A stretch of 64,000 nucleotides of DNA, from NCBI RefSeq assembly GCF_009914755.1, contig NC_060926.1; one strand, written 5' to 3'. Below the pieces are notes generated by a model that was not told the DNA's origin, made no database searches, and worked only from the letters and a program-made list of their open reading frames with translations. The translations under genes and the position numbers were made by a program. Position 1 is the stretch's first letter, and every line of letters begins with the position of its first letter. The stretch comes from the human T2T-CHM13v2.0 reference genome, Homo sapiens. Below are positions 53,698 through 64,000 of the stretch, piece after piece.

Positions 53698-54983
53698 GTG
53701 AGGTGCTTTTATTTATATTTCTTTATTGATGAACTTTGCTACTCCTCTAGGGTTATTCTCACTCTAAGCATACAGGTACTCTGTTGGCTCAGCAGTTTCA
53801 AGGATAACCAAGATAAAATTCTTGCCCTCAAAGAGCTCAAAGTCTAACAGAGAAGTAGTGGAACAAACAACTGAAAATCACCACAGAAAATGCAACAACA
53901 AAAACATGTGTTCTGTTGCCGGAAATAGAGTGTATAAAACTAGAACCATGTCTTATTTAACTCTCCACAAGAGGCACGCTAGTGGACTGGTTAAGAGTAC
54001 TGGTTCTACTATCAGGCCACTTGGACTAAGTCCCATCCCTTAATCTCAGCCAAAAGATGGGGATTAGTAATTGTATCTGATTAATGGAATGATGAGCTCG
54101 TTCAGGGGATAGTGTATGTAAATTACTTAAAGCAGTACCCTGTGAGCACTATTTAAGTGTTAGTTGCTGGCAGCAGCATCTCCAGGGCACTGCACAGCCC
54201 CTGGCATATGGGGAACACCAAGAGAGTGAATATATTAGCATACTGTGAGGAACCAAGTGACTTCACAGAGGAGAGCCACACATATGCACACACACACAAA
54301 GTCAAGTATGATGGAAGGGAGAGTATCTTCTATGTGGGCATGGGAGACGTTTCACACACAGGAACTGTGTAGGGAAATGCTAAGGAATTGGGTCCAGTAA
54401 GAACACAGTGGTGTATCTATGGGAACATATAAACATTTTATTTGTTCTGAATTGATCCTCTTGCAAAAGAATTTGCTCATCACTGGTGCAGAAGAGAAGG
54501 GGGAAGACCAAGGATAGAATCTTGGGAAAACATGAAATTTAAAGAGAAGTTAGAAGAAGAGCAGATGAAGGAAGCCAAAACAGCCATGACAGTCAAGCCA
54601 TTGGAAGTCCAAAAAAATAGATACAAGAACTGAAGTGTCATTTGGACTTTTCAGTTGGGAGGACATGGGAAAACTTGAGAATAGAAGTGATCAGGGACAA
54701 AAATCAGATAGCAGCAAGTAGGAAAGTGAAAATAAGTGGAGAAATCCATGCAGTGCATATAGACTCCTCTTTCAGGGAGTTGACTCCAAGTGGAAGCAGT
54801 AAAATAAAGCAATAGGTGGGGTGAAAGGAGATAGATGCATAGTGGAATGTCAATAGAAGTTTCAGTATTTGTGGTCAGGCTTCAGCGTTTATGTAGCTTA
54901 GGATTCTGTAATGGAAATACAGAAGGCATACAGCTTACAAGTCCCACACAAGCCACTTTATCAATGCTCTGATTACCTTTTAG

Positions 54984-55148
54984 GTTAGCTTGGGGAAAGG
55001 CCTCAAGGCCCGAGGCAATGTAGAGGAATGGCTTGGTAAAGTGGAAGAAGCCATGTTCACATCTCTGCGTCGCCTGTGCAAAGCTGCCATCGCTGACTAT
55101 CAGGGGAAACTGAGGACAGACTGGGTGGTTGCTGGCCACCCTTCTCAA
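54984..55148 (+). CDS. DNAH6: Exon N (VSLGKGLKARGNVEEWL...GHPSQ), 165 nt
   Basis: tttag|GTT...CAA|gtaact. Confidence 0.93.
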
Positions 55149-55230
55149 GTAACTCACACTCACATTTCATATCCCTGAATTCTTATTTGGTGATATGCAT
55201 CACATATTTAAGAAACATGTTTTCTTGCAG

Positions 55231-55344
55231 GTTATCCTGACTGTTTCTCAAATTATGTGGTGCCGTGATTTGACTGAATGTCTGGAAACAGAACACAGTA
55301 ATCATATACAGGCCCTGAAGAATTTTGAAAAAGTAAATTTTGAG
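55231..55344 (+). CDS. DNAH6: Exon O (VILTVSQIMW...KVNFE), 114 nt
   Basis: tgcag|GTT...GAG|gtgaga; follows an 82-nt intron. Confidence 0.93.
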
Positions 55345-55859
55345 GTGAGATCTGTAACAAAGTGACATTGTTGTCCTGCAAGATGGTCTTGGTGGGTTTT
55401 TTTTTAAAGCACAGTTAATGCAAATTCACTTTATTTCAGAAATTCTAATGCTCTGACATTTGTAATAGCTCTTACAAAGCTTTACAATTCTAAAATTATT
55501 TGTTTTACATTTTTTAGAGACACTATCTTACTTTTTGTGTAGTATTTATGTGAATACTTGTGAAAATAGGAGGAAAAACAATTCCAGAACAAAACACCAG
55601 GGTTATAATTGTTTGCAACTTTTAAGGACAAACTGTATTCACTAGTTCCTGGATACCTCTCAGGGAAGTTTATTCAGTCCAGGAAAACCTCCAGATTCAT
55701 GCCATTACTATTTCTAGGCTCTAATTCTATTTCTGCTGTTTTGTAAAACTGTCAGGCAATTAACAATAAAACAATAAATAATTCAATGAATTTAAATACC
55801 ATCAGGAACTTTTAGCTATAGCTGGGAAATGCTATTTTGCTAAATAGCATTTAAATAGC

Positions 55860-57146
55860 ACTAAAACTTTATACTTGTTGAACAGCAACTCCACATTTCC
55901 TCCTCTCCCTAGCTCCCTGTAATCACCACTCTTTTTCTATGAATTTAACTATTTTAGATACGTCATATAAATAGATCATGCAGGATTATCCTTCTATGAC
56001 TGACTCATTTCATTTAGCTTAATATCCTCCAGGTTTATTCATGCTACCACATGTTATGGGATTTCCTTTTTTTAAGTCTGAATAATAAATATTTCATTGT
56101 ATGTGTATACCACATTTTCTTTTATTTTTTTCTTTTTTAAGAGACAGGATCTCACTCTGTTGCCCAGGCTGGAGTGCAGGGATGCGATCATAGCACACAG
56201 CTAATTATTTTTATTATTATTATTTTTTGTAGAGACAGGGTCTCACTGTATTGCTCAGGCTGGTCTCAAAAGCTTCCCTCAAGCAATCCTCCTGCCTTGG
56301 CCTCCCAAAGTGCTGGATTACAGGCGTGATAATCATGCCCAACTCACATTCTCTTTATCCGTTCATCCATTGATGGACACTTGTGTTATTTCCACATTTT
56401 GGCTATTGTGAATAATGCTGCAATGAACATAGGAGTGCAGATAGTCTCCTCCGGATCCTGACTTCACTTCTTTTGGATGTGTACCAGAGTGGGATTACTG
56501 GGTCATATGGTAGTTCCATTTTTAATTTTTTGAGGAGCCGGCATATTGTTTTCCATAATGCCTGTACCATGTTTATATTCCCACTGGCAGAATACCAGGG
56601 TTCTCTTTTCTCCACGCCCTTGCCAACATGGGTTATCTTTTGTTTTTTTGATAACAGTCACCCTAACAGTTATGAGGTGACATCTCATTATGTTTTTGAT
56701 TTGCATTTCCCTTATGATTAGTGATGTTGATCATTTTTTCATATATCCGGTTAGCCCTTTATATGTCTTTTTCTGATAAATGTCTATTCTCTTCCCTTAC
56801 TCAAGTTTTAATTGGGTTATTTGGTTTTTGCTCATAAGTTGTAGGAGCAATTAGACCCTTGTCTTACACCATACACAAAAATCAACTCAAAATGGATTAA
56901 GGATTTAAATGTAAGACCTGAAACTGTAAAATCCCTAGAAGAAGGCATAGGGGAAAAGCTTTGACATTGGCGTTGGCATTGATTTCTTGGATATAACACC
57001 AAAAGCACAAGCAACAAAAGGAAAAATAGATCAATGGGATTGCATCAAACTTAAAAGCTTTTGCACAGCAAGGAAACAATCAACAGAGTGAAAAGGCAAT
57101 CTGGGGAATAAAGGAAAATATTTACAAACGGTATATCTTGTAAGGA
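55860..57146 (-). mobile_element. L1MA/MB with an inverted 5' segment and a nested AluJ
   Basis: Antisense at 55860-56848, then sense ORF2 at 56849-57146. Confidence 0.8.
56123..56344 (-). mobile_element. AluJ with an internal deletion in the right arm
   Basis: gcgatcatagc runs straight into cagctaatt; TSD cacatt(t/c)tcttt. Confidence 0.85.
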
Positions 57147-57229
57147 CCTAGGCCGACTCTTTTGACTCCAAATTCAATTCTACTTCCAAGCAATACTACA
57201 TTTTTAAAGAGTCACCCTTAAAACAGAAA

Positions 57230-57339
57230 AATAAAACAACCTTATTGAATAAAACAACTTTATTGAAATACAACAACTTTATATATATTTATATGTAAAT
57301 TTTCAATATTTATTTATCAAATAAAACAACTTTATTGAA
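57230..57339 (+). repeat. Dispersed and tandem ~18-bp repeat aataaaacaactttattg, four copies
   Basis: Copies near 57230, 57248, 57267 (variant) and 57320. Confidence 0.85.
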
Positions 57340-57714
57340 GTAAGAGAAAACACTCTCATGAAATTCCTCAAAGAAACTTCATCTCCATAGCTTCAGAAAA
57401 GAGGAATGACTCCCTAAAAAAAGTTCCTTTGCCTCTGTGTAGAGGTGGTCCCTCATCAGGGTTGGCCCAAGTGACATTTCAGCACAATGGTGCAAGGTCC
57501 TCAGAGGCGCTGCTCTTCCTTGAAAAAGATTTAATTATTAAGGTAAAACTCAAGTAAAAATTTAGCTAACTCTTTCTGAAAATGTTTTCATTTAACCAGT
57601 CATTGGCTAGCTTAAAATGCTCAGATTTTCTGAATATTAATGGGAAAACCACCCCTAAAACTGAAGAGTATCACCTTTAACCACATTTAATTTTTAGGGA
57701 GGACACTCTCCTCT

Positions 57715-57910
57715 AGAGAATCATCACATAGTGGTTAAGAACGTGGGCTTTCCTCGAGGCAAATGTCTACTCAGGTCTCATTTTTGCTGCTTCATAACTC
57801 TGTGACTGCCATCAAGTTACTTATGCTCTCTGACCTTCAGTTTCCTCAAATGTACAATAGGGGTAAAGACAGTATATATTTCACAGAAGTCTTATGAGAA
57901 TTAAATAAAA
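57715..57910 (+). mobile_element. MIR
   Basis: atagtggttaaga...tctgaccttcagtttcctcaaatgtacaatagggg. Confidence 0.7.
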
Positions 57911-58057
57911 GTATTGTCCTGTTTGGTCACAAAATTATAGATTCTTAAAATTAGCTGGTTTTTAGCAATGTCTCTCCAAATTGAATGGTGAAAGAGATAA
58001 TGTATATATGTAAGCTGATATTGGAAAATTCACCATGACAATTTTTTTTATTTGTAG

Positions 58058-58183
58058 AGATTAAATGCCCTAGCTGCAATAGTTCAAGGCAGTCTTCCTA
58101 AATTACACAGAAACATCCTAACTGCATTGATTACTATTGATGTGCATGCAAGAGATATAGTCACTGAACTTGTTCAATCCAAG
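58058..58183 (+). CDS. DNAH6: Exon P (RLNALAAIV...ITIDVHARDIV...QSK), 126 nt
   Basis: tgtag|AGA...AAG|gtaact; DVHARD motif. Confidence 0.95.
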
Positions 58184-58257
58184 GTAACTGTTTCATTTAA
58201 GTAAAATTATATACTTCTTTCTGAAATTAGTGTATCTAATATGTATATCACATATAG

Positions 58258-58413
58258 GTGGAGACAGTTGAATCTTTTGACTGGCAGAGACAACTGCGCT
58301 ATTACTGGGATATAGACCTGGATAATTGTGTGGCTAGAATGGCGCTCTCTCAGTACACTTATGGCTATGAATATTTGGGTGCATGCCCAAGATTGGTTAT
58401 TACTCCACTCACA
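58258..58413 (+). CDS. DNAH6: Exon Q (VETVESFDWQRQLRYYW...YGYEYLG..RLVITPLT), 156 nt
   Basis: tatag|GTG...ACA|gtaagt; start of AAA1; follows a 74-nt intron. Confidence 0.95.
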
Positions 58414-58694
58414 GTAAGTTATTGATCACTTGGGTTAATATTGACACAAGAGTGCTTTTCAATCAAAAGTCTTGAAAAGTTTCATATGACATTAACTCTT
58501 GAAAGAATTTATTATGAATACATCTTTGTAAAGCAAATATTTGCATTATTTAATTATGTGCATGGATCTTTTGGTGTATTTCAATTGCTATATTTTTCAT
58601 AGAAAATAATAATCCTTCCCCCATAGAGAGGAAATGCCTTAATTTGTGGCCAGAGTTGGTTCCCTTCATATTGATAATGCATTGCTTTCTTCAG

Positions 58695-58856
58695 GATCGC
58701 TGCTATCTTTGCCTCATGGGAGCTTTGCAGCTTGACCTTGGGGGTGCACCAGCTGGTCCTGCTGGCACTGGGAAAACAGAGACTACCAAAGATCTGGCAA
58801 AAGCTCTTGCCATCCAGTGTGTGGTCTTTAACTGTTCAGATGGTTTGGACTACAAG
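58695..58856 (+). CDS. DNAH6: Exon R ([11 protein letters not shown]...[14 protein letters not shown]...NCSDGLDYK), AAA1 P-loop, 162 nt
   Basis: ttcag|GAT...AAG|gtacag; Walker A GPAGTGKT at 58755-58778. Confidence 0.96.
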
Positions 58857-59267
58857 GTACAGTTCTTGCATCTGAATATTAACATTAAGTGTTTTATGTG
58901 TCTTTCTCTATTTGCAACATGACATAACAAAATAAGGCAAGAATGGAGTGATGACAAGCAAGAGAAAAGAAATGGGGTAAATAATGGTTAAAGTGGAATA
59001 AATAGAGCAAGGGAGAAGAGTCAACACGTGGTGGTCTGGGTAGTCTGGATAAGAATCAAGGCCAGGGGATGATTTGTCAAATGGTGAAAAAAATAAAAAT
59101 CTGTACATGTCAGTAAGAAGAAAGAAACGAGATGAGGTACAAGATAGAATAGCAGGGAAACCGAAGAACAAGGACTAAGCTTAGAGTAGGAAATTGGCAA
59201 TTTAGAGAATGGTGTATTGAACATGAAATATGTGGGAGGTGAGAATTCATGGTAAGGTTTTTCAATA

Positions 59268-59937
59268 CAGTGGTTCTCAAACTTTTTGGTCATGGGACCC
59301 CTTTACACTCTTAAAAATTATTGAGACTTCCAAAGAGCTTTTGTTCATATGGGTTACGTATGTTGATATTTACCATGTTAGAAAAAATTAAGTAAAATAT
59401 GTTTTATATATTTATTTGTTAAAAAAATAACAGTAAGCCCATTATATGTTAACTTAAACATGTTTTTGTAAAACAAAACTTCCAAACAAAAAACATTGTC
59501 CCACTATTTTATATTTTTGAAAATCTCTAATATTTTCAAGATATTGCTATTATGCTAATATTTGGCATAATAGAAGACAGCCAGATTCTCTGATTTGCTT
59601 CTACATTCAGTCTGTTGGGATATGTTTTTTTGGTTGAACATTTGAAGAAAATCTAACCTCACACAGATATGGACTCTGAAAAGAGGAATTTTTTTAAATA
59701 ACTTTTTCAGTTAATTGTTTATACTCTTCTTTGAACTACACCAAAACTTGACAAATGTTAGTTTCTTAAAGGTTATTTGCTATGTTAAAACTTAAACCAT
59801 ATACACATCTTTTCGTACTCTATACTCTCATGAGAGAGTGAGAATGAAAAAGGCATATAACACCTTAGTATTATTATGAAAACACTTTGGCCTCACAGAT
59901 CCCCTAAAAAAAAAACTCATGGATTTGCAGGGATCCT
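59268..59937. mobile_element. Charlie1-type hAT DNA transposon relic
   Basis: cagtggttctcaaactttttggtc..ggacccctttacactcttaaaaattattgag. Confidence 0.7.
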
Positions 59938-60398
59938 TGTTTGGCTTTATTTTTTCTGGTGGTTGCTATTTAAACTGTAAAAACATACATTTGTTTCTAT
60001 ATTTTTATGTACCCACTTTGGACACTATCTGCCAACATATTAAATAGATGAGGATTTTATTAGACACAACTTTGTGTGTCTAATGAAGTTGGACTTTCTA
60101 TTTCAACCTCACTTTTACCATGTCAAGTTTTATAAAATTTGTATTTTATTCTATAACTAAATTATGTCTTCACTGCTTTGTCTGGGGGCTGAACATAAAA
60201 ATGTAAATCCCTTATACAGTGCTTATAATATCAAAGATTGTTCATAGTGGAATTTAATAGAATAATTGGCCCCACAGAGAAAGATCAATACATATATCAC
60301 AAACCCCTGCCATTCAAAGTAAACATCCTAAGCTTCAGGGTTAGTGGACTGTGTTTTCTTTCCACTTTCTTTACTTCTTCTAGAACCATTATTTTTCT

Positions 60399-60698
60399 CT
60401 TTTTTTATTTTTTATTTTGAGACGGAGTCTCGCTCTATTGCCCAGGATGCAGTGGCTCAATCTCGGCTCACTGCAACCTCTGCCTCCCGGGTTCAAGCAG
60501 TTCTCTGCCTCAGCCTCCTGAATAGCTGGGATTACAGGTGCCCACCACCACACCCGGCTAATTTTTGTATTTTTAGCGGAGATGGGGGTTTCACCATCTT
60601 GGCCAGGCTGGTCTGGTCTTGAACTCCTGACCTCGTGATCCACCCGCTTTGGCCTCCCAAAGTGCTGGGATTACAGGCGTGAGCCACCGCGCCCGGCC
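60399..60698 (-). mobile_element. AluS, antisense
   Basis: Perfect 17-bp TSD agaaccattatttttct at 60382-60398 and 60699-60715. Confidence 0.93.
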
Positions 60699-60724
60699 AG
60701 AACCATTATTTTTCTAACTACTGT

Positions 60725-61046
60725 GTGCTGTGAATCACCCGGAGATATTTATTAAACTACATATTATGATCTGCAGGTCTGGGGTGGGGCCTGAAATTAT
60801 GCATTTCTGACATCCGCCAAGGTGGTGCAAATCGATACTGGTCCACTTTGAGACCGTGGTTCTGAGAGCGTGAACCCTGAACCAACAGCATTAGCATCAC
60901 CTGACAACTTGTTGGAAATGCAAATTATAAAGCCCCACCTCAGACCTACTTAATCAGAACTTTGGAGCTAGAGCACAGCAACAAGAGGCTTTTTTGAAAC
61001 AAACTTCCAGGTGATTCTGATGCACACTCAGATTTCAGGACCACTG
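60725..61046. mobile_element. Two MER5A copies in inverted, abutting arrangement
   Basis: ggtctggggtggggcc..tgcatttc (minus copy) followed by gaaatgcaaatt..gccccacctcagacc (plus copy). Confidence 0.7.
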
Positions 61047-63489
61047 TTCTAGAGTAGATTCAGCTGCCACTGTTTTTTGTATTTCAGTTTTGCGTCTTTC
61101 TTATGTTTCATTTTAATTTTGTTGGAATACTTCCTTGAGCAATTTTTTTCCCATTCAAGTTTATAAATATTCTGTCTTTACTGAGTCATCATACTTGATT
61201 GATAATTTGTAGAGGGTGGAATTATAGGTTTAAAATGATTTTCTCACCTGACTTTGAAGGCCTCACTTCATTGTATTCTAGTGTGCATTTTGCTAATGAT
61301 AAAACTGATCATGGCTTAATACATTTTGGAGGTTTAATAATATTTTGCTTCCTCTCTGTCTGTGGCAGCTTATAGGATTTTCTCTTGATCCTCGGTATTA
61401 TGAAAATCTACCAGGATGTGTCTAGATGAAATAATTTTCTTTATTCATTTGGTTTGTCATTTTGGGGAACTCTTTAATGAGAAAAATATGTCTTTTGTCA
61501 GCCTAGTGAGACCTCATTTTATTGCTTCTTTGCTTATCATTATGTCTCTGTTCTCTGCTCTGGGCCTCCTACTTCTGTTCTCCACTTCTCTTACCCTCAT
61601 ATTTTCTCTTGCTTGTTGCTAATTTTCTTGTATTTGTTTAGATTGCTAAACACATAAACACACTTATTTTATATTTTAAGCAACAATAAAAATAAATAAA
61701 CTTATTGAAAGGTTACTGAGATAGTGGGATATCTCATGGAATCCAGAGAAGAGGTGAGCATGACTCAGGCTGAGTAGGAACTAGGGCAGCCAACTCCTTG
61801 GCATTGAGAACTTTAGAGCCTTCTCTCTAGAACCTCGCCAAGAAAACAGCAAGGTCACATTTCAACTTTTGAAAGTAGGATTCTAATTGGCAAAGTGGGT
61901 TCAAGTGATCACCCCTAGATTCGTGAGCAATAGCCAGAAGAAGGGGGTATAGTCTGATTCATACAGGCATGGATGGCTGTTGAGAGCTAGATGTGGTAAG
62001 CAGTTTCCAGAGAAAGAGGAATGGTATCCTCTAACGGTTTCTGCAACATAAGATTTCTAAGCAAAACAAGATTGTCTCCAAGGGCTGTTATTTTCTGCCT
62101 TAAATGTCCCTTCATGTGTGGATGTTCCCCAGGGCTCTGACCAGTCCCCTTTTCCTGTTTTCTCTACCTGCTTTTTCCGGTTCCTGACAACTTCATAAGA
62201 GAGAGGAGAGATTTGGGCAGGAGGAGGTTACACTACAGATCCTTGGTCAGATGCACTACCTTTCCCAAGACCTAGTTCCTTCTTCTCCAGGAACTCTTTT
62301 GCCCTAAAGTTTTCCTCAGGATTTGGTCTACTTTGAAGCTCTTCCTTTCTACAAAAAGCAAATGAAATATTCAAGCACTGGGTTGAGACTTTGTGTTTAG
62401 ACTCAGCAGAAGGCATATTATCTGATTTACCTTCCCAGCATTCCTCTGTGATAGGTGTTGTCATCACTGCACAGATGGGAGTGAGATTTGGAGCAGTGAA
62501 GTAACTCGCCAGCAGTCACCACTAGAAAATGTCAGAGAAAGAATTTGAACACGTCCTTTGATTCAAGTCAAATGTTCTCTCCCATTTTAAAAAAAAATAC
62601 ATATTATATGCAAATTTAGAAACATAAAAAGATATGAAGAATAAAATAATGAATATCTACTTAGCCACCTCCCAGCTAAGAGATAAAATGTTACCAGCGC
62701 ACTTGAAATCCTCTGTCTCTCTTCACCAGGGGTAACTTCTATTCTGAATTTGGGGGTTATTATTCACATGTGTGCATATGTGTGTGTGTGGTCCTAAATT
62801 TAAAACGTAGTATCATTCTGTGTGCTACATTCTACATTTTGGTTTTTCCACTGAGCACTTTGTCTATGAGATTCATCCAGGCTAATACTATAGCTCTATT
62901 TTTTTAATTCGTTTTCACTGCTCTGTTTTTATGATTTTTTTCATCCATTCTCTTTCTGATAGGTATTTGGGTTGTTTCTAATATAGTATTTGCTACTGTA
63001 AGCAATGCTGCAATAAGCATTATTACACAGATCTCCAGGTGAATGGGTGCCTGGTTTATTTGGCTTGGAATATAGGAGTTGGTCTCAAGGTACATATACG
63101 TATCATATTGACTCAATAAGGACAAATGCTTCTTCCGTGATTGTGGTAATTTATACTCCCCCTGCAAATGTATAAGAGCTGCCTATGCTCCACATCCTTG
63201 CCCATGCTGTCAGGTTCCATAACTGTTGTCAGTCTGAGGAGTATGAAATGGTATCCCATTGTATTCTCCTGGTTACTAATGAGGTTGAATGTCTTTTCAA
63301 ATGTTTATACTGTAGGATTTCTCATCTGTGAAATACCTATTTACATCTTTTCTCCATGTTCTCTTGGCTTGCTTATGCTTTTTTAAATTGATTAATAGTG
63401 TTTTTAATATGTTATTGATACTGATTTCTTCTCTCAGTTAGGTATTATCTCTTAGTTCTGTCCTCTAAAAAGGGACATTGACAGCCTAA

Positions 63490-64000
63490 AAATAGTGATC
63501 ACCTCTAGTACCCAGACTGTGGTCTTAAGTACCTTTTCCTACTGAAAGTAACCAGAGCTGGTTCTAGGTCTGGGGCAGGAAATGCATAAAATGAGCCTGC
63601 AACATCCTGTCCTATCTGAAATAGCCACAACAAAATACCAAAAATTGATGTGACCATATCAATAATCAGAATGTTACTAAAGAGGATCTCATTGACCAAA
63701 GATGGGACAATGCAAGAATGATAATAATAACTGGAATGGATCAAAACACATAAAACATTTTTAAATTCATGAATATACAATGATTAACCAAAAAATGTAA
63801 AACAAAAAACTCATTGATTACCTTAGAGGTTTCCAGGGAAACAACTTATTTGAAAAATTGATAAAGAAAAAGAATTAAGTATTTATCCTGCCTTTTCTGT
63901 GGACTGTTTTTTGGGGTAATAAAAAAGTTGATGAGGAAAAATTTTTATAGAATAATCACAACTAATAAATGCAGAAGGGATGATAACATTAGAAATTACT
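63490..64000 (+). mobile_element. L1MC-type 3' region
   Basis: acccagactgtggtct...ggggcaggaaatgcataaaatgagcctg, the same family motif as near 3730 and 34650. Confidence 0.6.

Noticed and set aside
58857-64000. Further DNAH6 exons after the P-loop exon
   Set aside because: I found no segment encoding the expected continuation (Walker B WxCFDEFNR region), so the next exon is probably beyond the window.

Overview
Primate genomic DNA, most likely human: it contains Alu, LTR12/ERV9, THE1, L1PA and Tigger1 elements. The whole window lies inside an axonemal dynein heavy chain gene on the + strand, which I recognise as DNAH6. Eighteen GT-AG exons between 7190 and 58856 splice into one uninterrupted 2712-nt (904-codon) frame. 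That frame runs from the distal tail/stem through the linker ([14 protein letters not shown]) into AAA1 (Walker A GPAGTGKT). The start and end of the gene are outside the window. The introns are mostly transposon relics, often nested and often with readable target-site duplications (TSDs). I found no convincing wholly new biological system. The best leads are: (1) sense-oriented LTR12 and THE1 LTRs that could act as internal DNAH6 promoters (11 CCAAT boxes; intact DUX4 motifs); (2) three L1 insertions with twin-priming geometry, one of them a three-segment event; (3) perfect palindromes about 50 nt downstream of two consecutive splice donors; (4) two AT-rich ultra-short introns; (5) Alu-derived candidate poison exons; (6) a possibly templated insertion in a MER5A. 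Repeat subfamily names come from recalled consensus similarity, not from a RepeatMasker run.
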